Shown here one piece after another: positions 31,200 to 44,796 of a stretch of DNA of 64,000 bases. The translations under genes and the position numbers were made by a program. The notes under the pieces were generated by a model. That model worked only from the letters and a program-made list of their open reading frames with translations, had not been told where the DNA came from and did no database searches. This stretch comes from Isurus oxyrinchus (taxonomy: Eukaryota): NCBI GenBank assembly GCA_026770705.1, contig JANJGN010000016.1, positions 86,800,001 to 86,864,000 of the forward strand, read 5' to 3'. Each line of letters starts with the position of its first letter. The first letter of the stretch is position 1.

Positions 31200-31930
31200 T
31201 CAGTGTCACAATTGCTAATAATGGAGAAAATAGACTGGGGGAAATTCAAGAGGCAGCATTAGAGCAACATAGATATCCCAGAGAGTTGTGGGGCTAGAGG
31301 ATGTTACAGAGATGGCGGGGGCGGGGGAGGGTACAGGCTATGGAGGGATTTCTAAACAAGGGTGCGAATTTTAAACTCAAGGCTGTGCTTGACTGAGAGT
31401 CAGTGTGAGTCAGTGAGCGCAGGGGTGATAGACGAAGGAGACACAGGCAGCAGATTTTGGGTGATATCGAGAGTATGGAGGGTAGGATGTTGGATGTGGG
31501 TCAGGAGTATGTTAGAATAGTCGTGTCTGGAGGTTACACAGACATTGATGAGGGTTTCCATAGAAGATGAGCTGAGCTGGGCCTGAGTCAGGTGTTTTTA
31601 TGTAAGTGGAAATAGACGGTCTTAGTGATGACACAGTTACATGGTTAGAAGCCCATCTCAGGGGCAAATATAACACCAAGTTTGTGAACAGCCACAGAGC
31701 AGACAGGGAGAGGGATGGAACTGGTGGCTAGGAAATGGAGATTGTGGCGTGGACTGAAGGCATTGGCTTTGGAATTCCTGGTATTCAGTTGGTGGATATT
31801 TCTGCTCATCCAGGAGTGAATATCAGATACGAGTCTGATCATTTTGAGACTGTGGAGAGGTTGAGAGAGATGGTGGTGAGATGGAGCTGGGTGCTGTCAG
31901 TGTACACGTGGAACCTGATGCTGTGATTTC
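31200..31930 (-). mobile_element. L2-clade LINE ORF2 3' fragment (decayed)
   Basis: ORF 31645-31842 (SDIHSWMSRNIHQLN...LATSSIPLP...LGVIFAPEMGF) matches the L2 RT C-terminal pattern. A degenerate YADD region lies at ~31895-31920. Confidence 0.8.
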
Positions 31931-32432
31931 AGATGTGGGGCAGTAAGTAGATGAGAAATCGGAGGCGGCCACAATTAGATCCTTGAGAGACACCAGAGGG
32001 AACAGACCAGGAGCTGGAAGAGAAGCCATTGCAGGTAATTCTCTGTGATTAGATCGATAAGAATGGAATTCCCAGTCAGCACTCTGTCTCTTCCAGGACG
32101 AGATAGCACAGAACAGGCTCGAGCAGGACCTGACCATGGGGAGGAGGGGCACGTCAGTATGAGGTCCCTCCCCTTGAGGAGGCAGTGCTGGTGGTGAGCG
32201 GGAGGGCAGTGGGAGACACAGTGAATGCAGGGAGAGCAGCTGGGGGGCATCTCATCGGGAGGTATGTGAGCATTCCAGCTTCCTCACAGAGACACAGACA
32301 TTCCCAATCCCGAATCCCCCAAACACATCCTCACTCCCAACTCCATATGGTCTCATCACACATCCCGTCCTGTAGAGGTCACACAGACTGTACCCAAACC
32401 CTCCCAATGTTATCATTGCAGGTTCCAGAAGC

Positions 32433-32681
32433 AAGATCCACCTCACCTCCACCCCCATAGAGGAATAGGAAGATCCATCTCACCCCCTCCCCCATAGAGG
32501 AATAGGAAGATCCATCTCACCTCCCTTCCCCATAGAGGAATAGGAAGATCCACCTCACCTCCCTCCCCCATAGAGGAATAGGAAGATCCACCTCACCTCC
32601 CTCCCCCATAGAGGAATAGGAAGATCCACCTCACCCCCTCCCCCATAGAGGAATAGGAAGATCTACCTCACCTCCCTCCCC
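32433..32681. repeat. 37-38-bp minisatellite (ATAGAGGAATAGGAAGATCCACCTCACCTCCCTCCCCC), ~6 copies
   Basis: Direct tandem copies at 32457, 32494, 32532, 32570, 32608 and 32645. Confidence 0.92.
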
Positions 32682-32699
32682 ACGCTCCAGTACTTTTCA

Positions 32700-33815
32700 T
32701 TAGTGATGATAACTTCTAGAAAGATTAATGGGGTAAAAGGTGATAAATCCCCTGGACCTGGTGCCCAACATCCTCGGGGTCTAATAGATGTGGCTGCAGA
32801 GAGAGCGGATGCATGGGTTTCATCTTCCTGAATTCCCCAGATTCTAGACCATTCCCCATGGATTGGAAGGTAGTGAATGTAACCCCACTGTTCCAGAAAG
32901 GAGGGAGGGAGAAAACAGGGAATTATAGACCAGTTAGTCTGACATCAGGAATAGGGAAAATACTGGAATCTTTTATGGGGGATGTGGTAACAGGACACTT
33001 GGAAAATCCCGGCCTTGATTAGACTCGGTCAACAGGGATTTATGAAAGGGAATCATGTCTGACTGAAGGATTGTAGATTTTTCAGTGTGTAACTGGCAGG
33101 GTCGATACGGAGGAGCCATCGATTCGGTATATTTGGATTTTCAGGAGACACTGGATAAGATTCCACACGGGAGGTTGTGACACAAGATTAGGGCTCATGG
33201 GATTGGGGAGAATGTATGAACATGGATTCCGGACAAGCTAACGGACAGAACACGGCGGGAATGAACCAGTCACTATTCAAACATATTAGATAGGTTTGAA
33301 ATAAAGATAGAATTGCTTTAGGAGCAGTTCAGAGAAGGTCCACTGGACTCATTCCTGGGATGAAGGTGTTGTTTTATGAAGGAAGCTCCAACAGGTCAGG
33401 CCTATATCCACTGGAGTTTCAAAGAGCGAGAGGGGATCTTATTGAAACATATAAGATCCAGCGGGGACTTGATAGAGTGGATCCCCTGAGGATGTTTCCT
33501 CATCTGGGGGAGACTAGAACTAGGGGTCATAGTTTAAAAATAAGGGGTCTCCCTTTTAAGCAAGAGATGTGAAGAAAAGCTTTATCCCAAAGTGTAGTTG
33601 GTGTGTGGAATTCTCTTCCCCAGAAAGTAGTGGAGCCAGGGTTTCTGAATTGATTCAGGGCAGAGTTAGATTTTTATAGGCAACAAAGTCAAGGCTTAAG
33701 GGGGGCAGGAAAGTGGAGCTGAGACTATAACCGGATTAGCCATTCTCGTATTGAATGACGGAGCAGGCTCGAAGGGCCGAATGGCCTACTGCTGTTCCGA
33801 TGTTCCTGTGTCCCT
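32700..33815 (+). mobile_element. CR1 LINE, 5'-truncated and internally deleted, with 3' end
   Basis: PMDWKVVNVTPLFQKGGREKTGNYRPVSLTS and GLYPLEFQRARGDLIETYKI...TRGHSLKIRG, followed by a CR1-type 3' UTR (GAAGGGCCGAATGGCCTACT). Confidence 0.88.
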
Positions 33816-33913
33816 GTTATCAGGATGGAGAGCTGGAACTAACAGGACAGGATCATTGGGTCTCTGCTATTTACAATCGAGAGCAATGATTTAGACGAGG
33901 GGTCTGAGTGTAA

Positions 33914-34334
33914 CACAGACAGGGCTACTGACAATAAATAGTTAGTTGGGAAAGTAAGCTGTGAGGAGGATACAAAGAGACTGCAAAGGGATATAAACAG
34001 GTTCAGATATTCGAGAGAGAGAGAGAGAGGAGAGTATGGGAGACACCCTCAGGGCTTAAACTGAAACGTGACAGAGCAGCTGCTGAGAGAGGCGACTGGA
34101 ACAGGAGAAAAAAATCACAAAGAGACGATCACCGCACAAGGAGAAGTGGCAGGGGTAAGTTTACCCAGAAACAGTTCAGTGAATCCTCCTATCAGCTAAA
34201 CCCGATCAAGTGATGTATTCAAAACTGTAAAATAAGATTAGTTGATTAAATATGATGACCACAAATTTTGCCTCCATAACCCCGGAAATTTCGACACGAC
34301 AGGAACCCGATTGGAAACAAAATGGCGGCTGCAG
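33914..34334 (+). repeat. Right arm of the ~425-bp long-range inverted repeat (partner 10064-10492)
   Basis: Reverse complement of 10064-10492 with scattered substitutions. Confidence 0.93.
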
Positions 34335-34343
34335 ATAAAAAAA

Positions 34344-35485
34344 ACAACTTCTCATTCTCCCTGGTCCCTTGGATCTCTAACTCTGGGAGATTTCCTGTAT
34401 CTTTGTCAGTGAAGACAGACACAAAGTAATCATTTAGCTTCTCTGCCATTTCTCTATTCCCCATTATAAATTCTCTTAGCTGCCTGTAATGGACCCACAT
34501 TTATTTTAGCTAAACATTTCCTTTTTCATACCTACAGAAGCTTTTACAGTCCGTTTATATGTCTTTTGCGAGTTTACGTTCATTTTCTATTCTCCCTTTA
34601 TCAGTTTCTTGGCCCTCCTTTGCTGTTTTCTAAAATGCTCCCAATCCTTAAGTTTGTTAATATTTTCGACAACTTTATAAGCCTTTACTTTAATCTTAAA
34701 CAATCCTTAATGTCCTTTGTTAGCCACATTGACTGATTTTCCTTTTTTGGTTTTTGTGCCTTGAAGGAATGTATAATTGCAGTAAACTATGTAATAATTC
34801 ACTAAAGACTATCCATTGCCAATGTACTGTCGCACCTTTCAATGTATTTCCCAATCCACATCAAGCAATTTTCCCTCTCACAAAAACCCAAGGAGAAATC
34901 ATTTTCCTTGTTGAAATTTAACACACTGGTTTCGGATTGAACTGCCTCACTTTTAAACATAATGTAAATTACCGAATACTCGATCTATAATAGCCTGTAC
35001 TCTGGTCCGTTCCTCAACATTCTGCTCTAGAAAACCATCCCTAACACACTCCAGAAACTCCTCCTCCCCAGTGTCAGTGCTCATTGCTCTTACCCAGTCT
35101 ATATGCAAATTGAAATCACCCATGATCACTGTATTACCCATTCTACACATGTCTCTAATCTCCTGATCAATATCATGCCCCACATTACCAATACTGTTTG
35201 GTGGCTGATGAACAGCTCCAACCAATCTTTGCTGCCTCTTGCTGTTTCTTAGCTCCCACACAAACAGATTCCACACATTGTTCTTCTGATCTGAGATCCA
35301 CTCATACTAATGCCTGATCCTGTCCCTTATTATCAGCGCAGTACTAACACCTTTTTCTTTCTCCTGTCCTTCCTAAATGTCAAATAACATTGAATATTCA
35401 GTTCCCAGTCTTTGTCACCCTGTAGCCACATTTCTGTAATGGCAATTAGATCATAGGCATTTACCTCTATCTGTGCCTTTAATTT
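34344..35485 (-). mobile_element. CR1 LINE ORF2 endonuclease-region fragment (decayed)
   Basis: WELRNSK...PPNS...VIMGDFNLHIDW...FLECVRDGFLEQ (APE motifs) and EMAEKLNDYFVSVFT. Confidence 0.88.
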
Positions 35486-35876
35486 GCTAGTTAATAATGC
35501 TTGCACACAAACAGCAGAGAGACCTTACCCTGAGTGAGACACAGCCAGAGTGAGTGTGGGTATTGGCAATTTGGTGCACAGTGGGAATTCGCTACACAAG
35601 GGAAGAGGTGCTCTTTGTGTTTTTTTCTTTGCTATCCAACTTCTTAAATCTTCAGAGAGTGGTCTTGCCCTGCTGCAGCAGTAGAGGCTACAAGGGAAAG
35701 GAATGGCTGGTAAGTAGTGGGTAAGGTCGGGTAAGTATTTACTACTTTTATTGCTTATAGTTTAAGGACTATAATCAAAGATTGGTTTATGGTTTGTATA
35801 TTCTGTAGTAATGAGGATCAGGAAAGAAGGGCCCTAGAGTAATTGATTTACAATGTTTAATTTAAAGGGATAAATC

Positions 35877-36813
35877 ATGGCAGGAGAGCTCAAAGCCGTG
35901 GTGTGCTCTTCGTGCTCCATGTGTGAAGCTGGGAACATTTCCAGTGCCCGGGACCAGCATTTGTGCAGGAAGTGTGTCCAGCTGCAGCTCCTGGAAGCTC
36001 AGATTTCAGAGCTGGAACGGAAGCTGGAGACACTGTGGAGCATCCGCAAGTCTGAGAGCATCGTGGATAGCACATTTAGAGAGGTGGTCACATTGCAGCT
36101 GAAGTGACTTGAGGAAGGAAAGGAATGGGTGACCACAAGGCAGTCCAAACGAAACAGGCAGGTAGTTCAGGAGTCCCCTGCGGTCCCGCTCACAAATCGG
36201 TATTACATTTTGGAGTCTGATGAGGATGCTGGTTCCTCCAGAGAGTGCAGACAGAGCCAAGCTTCTGGCACCACAAGCAGCCTGTCTGTACCAGACGGGA
36301 GGAAGAGCAATAGTAATAGAGGATTATATAGTCAGGGGAACAGTTAGGCGCTACTGCGGCTGTCAACGTGACTCCAGGATGGTGTGTTGCCTCCTTGGTG
36401 CCAGGGTCCGGGATGTCACTGAACAGCTGCAGGGCATCCTGAAGGGGGTGGGTGATAAGGCAGAGGTCATGGTACATGTTGGTACCAATGACATAGGTAG
36501 AAAGAGGGATGAGGTCTTGCATCAATATTTCAGGGAGTTAGGCAGTAGACTAAAAAGCAAGACCTCTCGGGTTGTAATCTCTGGATTACTCCCAGTGCCA
36601 CGTGCTAGTGAGCACAGAAGTAGGAGAATAGTGCAGATAAATACGTGGATTAAGAGTTGGTGCAGGAGGGAGGGTTTTAGATTCCTGGATCACTGGGACC
36701 GTTTCTGGGGAAGGTGGGACCTGTACAAGTGGATCGGTCTACATCTGAACCAGAGCGGGACTAACATCCTTGCAGGCGGGTTTGCCAGTGCTGTTGGGAG
36801 GTGTTTAAAATAA
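35877..36813 (+). pseudogene. CR1 ORF1p remnant: CxxC...CxxC/coiled-coil N-terminus plus SGNH esterase domain
   Basis: VVCSSCSMC...CRKCVQLQLLE; degenerate GDS motif (EDYIVRG), VHVGTND and GLHLN. Interrupted by a stop at 36105-36107 and a frameshift. Confidence 0.85.
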
Positions 36814-36929
36814 TTAGGCAGGGGGAGGGGACACAGAATGTTAACAGAATAGGGACACATCATAATACAGTAAAACAATCAAGTCAGACGGAGTACAGCT
36901 GCATTAAGTTTCAAGGGAGTAAGGCAAGG

Positions 36930-39681
36930 CTGGATGGCCTCTACTTTAATGCCAGGAGTATTACAGGTAAAACGGATGAGTTAAGGGTGAGGATTGACAC
37001 GTGGAATTGTGATATATTGGCCATCACTGAAACGTGGCTGAGGGAGGGGCAGGATTGGCAGCTCAACATTCTGGGATATAGAATCTTCAGGCGAGACGAG
37101 GAGGGGATAAAAGAGGAGGAGGCATTGTATTATTTGTTAAGGAGTCAGTTACTGCAGTAAGGAGAGATGATATCTTGGAGGGGGCATCGAATGAAGCTTT
37201 GTGGGTGGAGCTTAGGAATAAAAAAGGGGCAGCCACATTGTTAGGTGTTTATTATAGATCCCCAGATAGTCAGCAGGAAATTGAGGAGCAAATATGAGCA
37301 CAATTTGCGGAGGTGTGTAAAAACAATAACAATAGGGTAATTATATTAGGAGATTTCAACTTTCCCAACATTAATTGGGATAGACATGGTGTTAAGTGCT
37401 TGGATGGATTGGATATTTTGAAATGTTTACAGGAGGACTTTTTAGGTCAATATGTAGAGGGTCCAACAAGGGATGGCGCCGTGCTGGACTAATTCTGGAG
37501 AATGAAGCCAGACAGGTGGCTGAGGTGGTGGTGGGGGAGCATTTTAGTGATATTGACCACAACATGGTACAGTTTAAGCTTGTTATGGACAAAGAAATAG
37601 GCAAGTTGCAAAAAAATGTTTTGGATTGGGAGAGAGTGGATTTTAGTAAAATAAGGCAGGATCTGGCCAAGGTAGACCGGGAACAGTTACTTGTGGGGAA
37701 ATCTACAGAGGAGCAGTGGGGGGTATTGAAAAAGGAAATGGGGAGTGTACAGGCTCAACATGTTCCCTCTAGGGTGATAGGGAAGGAGTAACAAGCCCAG
37801 AGAACCATGGATGACCAGAGTTATTCAGGATACGATGAAAATGAAGAGAGAGACTTTTAGCAGGTACAAGGGAAGCAAATCAGCGGAGGCATTAGTGGAG
37901 TACAGACAGTGCAGAGTGGAGCTTAGAAAGCAATTAGGAGAGCAAAGAGGGGATATGAGAAAGCTCTGGCTGGTAAAAGTAGGGAAAATCCCAAGATAAT
38001 CCAGATGTATATCAATGGGAAGAGGATAACCAGGGAAAGAGTAGGGCCCATTAGGGACCAAGGGGGCAATCTATGGGTGGAGCCAGCGGACATCGCTAGA
38101 GTGTTGAATGAATACTTCTCATCCGTCTTCAACCCAGAGAATGAGAATGAAGGTATGGAACTCGGGGAGAGAGACTGCAAGGTTCTTAAATAAATTGATA
38201 TATGGAGTGACAAGGTATTGGAGATGTTGGCAGGCTGAAAAGTGGACAAATCTCCAGGTCCGGACGATCTGTCTTCCAGACTGCTGAAGGAGGTAAGGGA
38301 GAAGATCTGAAGGGCTCTGACCCAAATTTTTAATTCCTCTCTGGCCACGGGGGAGGTGCCAGAGGACTGGAGAAAAGCTAATGTGGTTCCGCTATATAAG
38401 AAGTGTTGTAGAGATAAGCCAGGGAATTACAGGCCAGTGAGTCTCACATCAGTGGTAGGGAAATTATTGGAGAAAGTTCTGAAGGAGAGTATCTATCTCC
38501 ACTTGGAAAGGCAAGGTTTGATCAGGGATAGTCAGCATGGCTTTGTCAGAGGGGGGCATGCCTTACAAATTTGATTGAATGTTTTGAGGAGGTGACCAGG
38601 TGTGTAGATAAGGGTAGTGCAGTTGATGTAGTTTATATGGATTTCAGCAAAGCCTTCGACAAGTTCCCACATGGGAGAATTATAAAGAAGGCAAATGGAC
38701 ATGGGATACAGGGTAATTTGATAAGATGGATTCAAAATTGGTTTAGTTGTAGGAGACAGAGGGTGATGACAGAAGGATGCTTTAGTGACTGGAAGCCAGT
38801 GTCCAGTGGTGTACCACAGGGATCTGTGCTCAGTCCCCTATTATTCGTCGTTTATATAAACGACATAGATGACTATGTGGGGGGAGGATTAGTAAATTTG
38901 CGGATGACACAAAGATTGGCCGGGTGGTTAACAGTGAGGCTGAGTCTTGGGCTACAGGAAGATATAGACAGGATGGTCAAATGGGCAGATAAGTGGCAGA
39001 TGGAACTTAACCCTGAAAAGTGTGAGGTGATACACTTTGGAAGGAGTAATTTGACAAGGAAGTATTCAATGAAAGGCATGAGACTTGGAAGTTCTGAGGA
39101 ACAAAGTGACATTGGAGTGTGTGTCCATAGATTTCTGAAGGCGGAGGGGCATGTTAGTGGGATGATGAAAAAGACATATGGGACACTTGCCTTTATCAAT
39201 CGAGGCATAGATTACAAAATTTGGGAGTCATGTTGGAGTGTATAGAACCTTGGTGAGGCCACAGCTGGAATACTGTGTGCAGTTCTGGTCGCCACATTAT
39301 AGGAAGGATGTGATTGCACTGGACGGGGTGCAGAGGAGATTCAACAGGATGTTGCCTGGGATGAAACATTTAAGTTATGAAGAGAGGTTGGAAATGCTTG
39401 GGTTGTTTTCATTGGAGCAGAGAAGACTGAGGGGCCACCTGATCGAGGTGTACAAGATTATGAGGGGCATGGACAGGGTGGATAGGGAGCAGCTGTTCCC
39501 CTTAGTTGAAGGGTCAGTTATGAGGGGATATAAGTTCAAGGTGAGGGGCAGGAAGTTTAGGGGGGATGTGAGGGGAACATTTTTTACCCAGAGGGTGGTG
39601 ACAGTCTGGAATGCATTGCCTGGGAGGGTGGTGCAGGCGGGTTGCCTCACATCATTTAAAAAGTACCTGGATGAGCACTAG
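36930..39681 (+). pseudogene. CR1 ORF2p remnant: APE endonuclease plus reverse transcriptase
   Basis: LYFNARSI...DILAITETWL; PEDWRKANVVPLYKK...PGNYRPVSLTS; VYMDFSKAFD; GVPQGSVLSPLLF; YRTLVRPQLEYCVQFWSP. Broken into several ORFs. Confidence 0.92.
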
Positions 39682-39899
39682 GAACGTCATAACATTCCAG
39701 GCTATGGGCCAAGTGCTGGTAAATTGGATTAGGTAGGAAGATCAGGTGTTTCTCACGTGTCAGTGTAGACTCGATGGGCTGAAGGGTCTCTTCCCCACTG
39801 TGTGATTCTGTGATTCTGTGATTGTGTGAATAGTCTTGTTATAAAAGAACCGTTCGGATGAATGACCATAATATGATAGAATTTACATTATGTTTTAAA

Positions 39900-41045
39900 A
39901 TGTACAGACTGGATTGTGAAATGTGAGGTACCTGAGTACACAGAGTGGATTGTGAAGTGTGATGTACGTGAGTACACAGACTACATTGTGAAGTGTGATG
40001 TACCTGAGTACACAGACTGGATTGTGAAGTGTGATGTACGTGAGTACACAGACTGCATTGTGAAGTGTGATGTACCTGAGTATACAGACTGGATTGTGAA
40101 ATGTGACGTACCTGTGTACACAGACTGGAATGTGATGTGTGATGTACCTGAGTACACAGATTGGATTGTGAAGTGTGATGTACCTGAGTACACAGACTGG
40201 ATTGTGAAATGTGACGTACCTGTGTACACAGACTGGATTGTTAAGTGTGATGTACCTGAGTACATAGACTGGATTGTTAAGTGTGATGTACCAGAGTACA
40301 CAGAATGGATTGTTAAGTGTGATGTACCTGAGTACACAGACTGGATTGTGAAGTGTGGTGTATCTGAGTACACAGAGTAGCTTGTGAAGTGTGATTTACC
40401 AGAGTACACAGACTAGATTGTGAAGTGTGGTGCACCTGAGTACACAGACTGGATTGTGAAGTGTGATGTACCTGAGTAGACAGCCTGGATTGTGAAGTGT
40501 GATGTACCTGAGTACACAGACTGGATTGTGAAGTGTGATGTACCTGAGTACAGAGACTGGATTGTGAAGTATGATGCTCCTGAGTACACAGACTGGATTG
40601 TGAAATGTGATGTACCTGAGTACACAGACTGGATTGTGAAATGTGATGTACCTGAGTACACAGACTGGATTGTGAAGTGTGATGTACCTGAGTACACAGA
40701 CTGGATTGTGAAGCGTGATGTACCTGAGTACACAAACTGGATTGTGAAGTGTGTTGTACCTGAGTACACAGACTGGATTGTGAAATGTGATGTACCTGAG
40801 TACACAGACTGGATTGTGAAGTGTGTTGTACCTGAGTACACAGACTGGATTTTGAAGTGTGATGTACCTGAGTACACAGACTGGATTGTGAAGTGTGATG
40901 TACCTGAGTACACAGACTGGATTTTGAAGTGTGATGTACCTGAGTACACAGACTGGATTGTGAAGTGTGATGTACCTGAGTACTCAGACTGGATTTTGAA
41001 GTGTGTTGTACCTGAGTACACAGACTGGACTGTGAAATGTAACAT
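39900..41045 (-). repeat. Second array of the 36-bp satellite, in inverted orientation (~32 copies)
   Basis: The unit TGATGTACCTGAGTACACAGACTGGATTGTGAAGTG is the reverse complement of the 1-9500 unit. Confidence 0.97.
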
Positions 41046-41529
41046 CACCAGTAAGTAACCATTGTTAAACAATATTAATGACATTTTGCTGAGCAACTTA
41101 TTAATAAAATTTTATTGCAGCTTTTTGCAGATCTTTATATATTGGCACAATAATCTGGTCTGCATATATTACTGTATATAGATGACATATATTTGTAAAA
41201 CATATTTTAAATCATATAATATGATACATATGACTTATTACTCAGGCTTCCCTATATATTACTCAGCAGGATATATCATCACTAACATTTTAACTATGTA
41301 GTGTCACAGCTCTGATAACCATCTTAATCTTATGTATCTTTCATTCTCTCTGTGTTTACTGACACAATTCTCTGGTTTGTGGGTTCCCCTATGTACAAAC
41401 CATCTGTGATGTCCTTGGAGTAATGGCTCAAACTGACTTCATCAAACTGACATTCCAAATAGGCCGACATTGTTCATAACGGGATTATCTGTAATTGAGT
41501 CAGATCTGAGCGTCAGCAGCTAAACTAGA

Positions 41530-43330
41530 GAGAGGGATGGAGGTCAATTAGGGGGAGGGGTGAAAGTCAAATAGAGAAGGGTTGGAGGTCAGATAGACAG
41601 AGAGATGGAGGTCAGGTAGAGAAAGGGATAGAGTTCAGACAGAGGGTTGGAGGTCAGATAGAGAGAGTGATGGAGGTCAGATAGACAGAGAGATGGAGGT
41701 TAGGTAGAGAAAGGGATATATATCAGATAGAGGGATGGAGTCATATAGAGAGAGGGGTGGAGGTCAGATAGAGAGAGGAATGAAGGGCTGAAATGCAGAG
41801 TGATGGTGGTCAGATGGAGCGAGGGATGGAGGTCAGGTGGACAGATGTCTGGAGCTCAGGTTGAGAGAGGGGTGGATGTCAGATAGGGATAGGTGTGGAG
41901 AGCAGGAAGAGAGAGAGATGTAGGTCAGATAGAGAGAGGGATGGAGTCAGATAGAGAGAGGGATGGAGGTCTGAAACGCAGAGGGATGGAGTCAGATAGA
42001 GAGAAGGATGGAGTCAGTTAGAGAGGGGGATGAAGGTCAGATAGAGAGAGGGATGGAGCTCAGATAGAGAGAGGGATGGAGTCAGATAGAGAGAAGGATA
42101 GAGGGCAGATAGAGAGAGGGATGGAGTCAGATAGAGAGAGGGATGGAGTCAGATAGAGAGAAGGATAGAGGGCAGATAGAGAGAGGGATGGAGGTCTGTA
42201 ATGCAGAGTGATGGAGTTCAGATAGAGAGAGGGATGGAGTCAGATAGAGAGAGGGATGGAGTCAGATAGAGAGAGGGATGGAGGTCTGATAGAGAGAGGG
42301 ATGGAGTCAGATAGAGAGAGGGAGGGAGTCAGATAGAGAGAGGGATGGAGTCAGGTAGAGAGAGAGATGGAGTCAGATAGAGAGAGGGATGGAGTCAGAT
42401 AGAGAGAGGGATGGAGTCAGATAGAGAGAGGGATGGAGGTCAGATAGAGAGAGGGATGGAGTCAGATAGAGAGAGGGATGGAGTCAGGTAGAGAGAGGGA
42501 TGAAGGTCAGGTAGCGAGAGGGATGGAGGTCAGATAGAGAGAGGGATGGAGTCAGGTAGAGAGAGGGATGGAGTCAGATAGAGAGAGGGATGGAGTCAGA
42601 TAGAGAGAGGTATGGAGTCAGACAGAGAGAGGGATGGAGGTCAGATAGAGAGAGGGATGGAGTCAGATAGAGAGAGGGATGGAGTCAGATAGAGAGAGGG
42701 ATGGAGGTCTGAAATGCAGAGTGATGGAGGTCAGATGGAGCGAGGGATGCGGTCAGGTGGAGAGATGGCTGGAGGTCAGGTAGAGAGAGGGATGGAGTCA
42801 GATAGAGAGAGGGATGGAGTCAGATAGAGAGAGGGATGGAGGTCTGAAACGCAGAGTGATGGAGGTCAGATGGAGCGAGGGATGCGTTCAGGTGGAGAGA
42901 TGGCTGGAGGTCAGGTAGAGAGAGGGGTGGAGGTCAGAAGGGAGAGGGGTGGAGGACAGGTAGAGAGAGAGATGGAGGTCAGTTAGAGGGATGGCTGGAG
43001 TACAGATAGAGAGTAGGCTGGAGATCAGAAAGAGAGAAGAGTAGAGGTCAGATGAAGAGAGGGATGGAGGTTGGAGAGAAAGACGGATGGAGGTTAGAGA
43101 GAAAGACGGATGGAAGTCAGACAGAGAGAGGAATGAAGATCAGATAGAGAGAGGGATAGAGGTTAGAACGAGAGACAAATGGAGCTCAGAGCGAGAGAGG
43201 GATGGAGGTTGGATAGAGAGTGGGATAGAGGTCAGATAACTACAGGGATGGAGGTCAGAGAGAGAGAGATGGAGGTCAGATAGAGAGAGGGATGGAGAGC
43301 TGTTCAGGAGAGAGATGGAGCTCGGATACA
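41530..43330. repeat. Purine-rich ~22-23-bp minisatellite (GAGAGGGATGGAGTCAGATAGA)
   Basis: Direct tandem copies, degenerate at the edges. Confidence 0.92.
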
Positions 43331-43349
43331 CCAGGGGTGAAGCTCAGTG

Positions 43350-44168
43350 AGGTGTGTATCTGAGAGGAAGGTCGGACACTCAGAGGGAGGGATGGAGATC
43401 AGGGAGGTGTGTATCTGAGAGGAAGTTCGGTCACTCAGGGAGAGGGATGGTGATCAGGGAGGTGTGTATCTGAGAGGAAGTTCGGTCACTCAGGGAGAGG
43501 GATGGAGATCAGGGAGGTGTGTATCTGAGAGGAAGTTCGGTCACTCAGGGAGAGGGATGGTGATCAGGGAGGTGTGTATCTGAGAGGAAGTTCGGTCACT
43601 CAGGGAGAGGGATGGAGATCAGGGAGGTATGTATCTGAGAGGAAGTTCGGTCACTCAGGGAGAGGGATGGTGATCAGGGAGGTGTGTATCTGAGAGGAAG
43701 GTGGGACAATCAGAAGGAGGGATGGAGATCAGGGAGATGCGTATTTGAGAGGAAGGTCGGACACTCAGAGGGAGGGATGGAGATCAGGGAGGTGTGTATC
43801 AGAGAGGAAGGTCGGACACTCAGAAGGAGGGATGGAGATCAGGGAGATGCGTATTTGAGAGGAAGGTCGGACACTCAGAGGGAGGGATGGAGATCAGGGA
43901 GGTGTGTATCTGAGAGGAAGGTCGGACACTCAGAGGGAGGGATGGAGATCAGGGAGGTGTGTATCTGAGAGGAAGGTCGGACACTCAGAGGGAGGGATGG
44001 AGATCAGGGAGGTGTCTAACTCAGAGGAAGGTCGGACACTCAGAGGGGGGATGGAGATCAGGGAAGTGTGTATCTGAGAGGAAGGTCGGACACTCAGAGG
44101 GAGGGATGGAGATCAGGGAGGTGTGTATCTGAGAGGAAGGTCGGACACTCAGAGGGAGGGATGGAGAT
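43350..44168. repeat. 55-bp minisatellite (GGTGTGTATCTGAGAGGAAG...GGGATGGAGATCAGGGA), ~15 copies; unrelated to the large 55-bp satellite
   Basis: Copies at 43461, 43516, 43571 etc. Confidence 0.92.
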
Positions 44169-44494
44169 GAGGTGGAACGAGGTTACTGTCCATTCTCTCC
44201 ACCTGTGCTGCAGTTTGGTGCAGACTAACCTGTTGCTCTGTGGATCCCTGGTTAATGCAATCCCCTTGCTCCCTGCCTTGCAGCCTCTCTCAATCCACAC
44301 CACCACTTCTTCCCTGTAGGGAATGGGATTGAGCCAGTAACCCAGAGGAGATGAGTTCAAATCCCAGGATGGGAAATAGTGAAATGGAATTGGATAAATC
44401 TGATCATTTGTGTTCTGGCTGCAGAAATTGTCCATAAATCCTGCTGGATTGCTGTAAAACACAAGGTACTCAGTGAGGGAAGCTGCCGGTCTCA

Positions 44495-44775
44495 CCCTCT
44501 CACTCTCTACCCTGTCAATCACTTTATGAATTTTATATATTTCAATGGGATCACCTCTCATTCTTCTAAACTCCAGGGAATAATGTCCCAGTCTACTCAA
44601 TCTCTCCTCATCGAACAATCCCCTCATCCCAGGAATCACTCTGGGGAATATCTGCTGCACTCCTTCCAAGGCTGGTATATCCTTCCTCAGGTAAGGAGAC
44701 CGAATCTGTACACAGTAATCCAGGTGTGGTCTCACCAAGGTCCGATAGAATTATAGTAAGACTTCTTCACTCTGA
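44495..44775 (-). mobile_element. CR1 RT C-terminal fragment
   Basis: VRPHLDYCVQIRSPYLRKDIPALEGVQ...RMRGDPIEIYKI. Confidence 0.85.
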
Positions 44776-44796
44776 CAGGTACAGGAGCTGACACAG

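Larger units (their letters stand above)
35500..39823 (+). mobile_element. Near-full-length decayed CR1 LINE (5' UTR, ORF1 with esterase, ORF2 APE-RT, 3' ATTCTGTG repeats)
   Basis: ORF1 and ORF2 pieces are colinear. The 3' end carries ATTCTGTG x2 at 39805-39820, the typical CR1 octamer tail. Multiple stops and frameshifts. The 5' boundary is approximate. Confidence 0.93.

Noticed and set aside
36220-36813. SGNH esterase-like ORF as a possible host gene
   Set aside because: It is the known esterase domain of CR1 ORF1p, directly upstream of APE-RT, and its catalytic motifs are degenerate.
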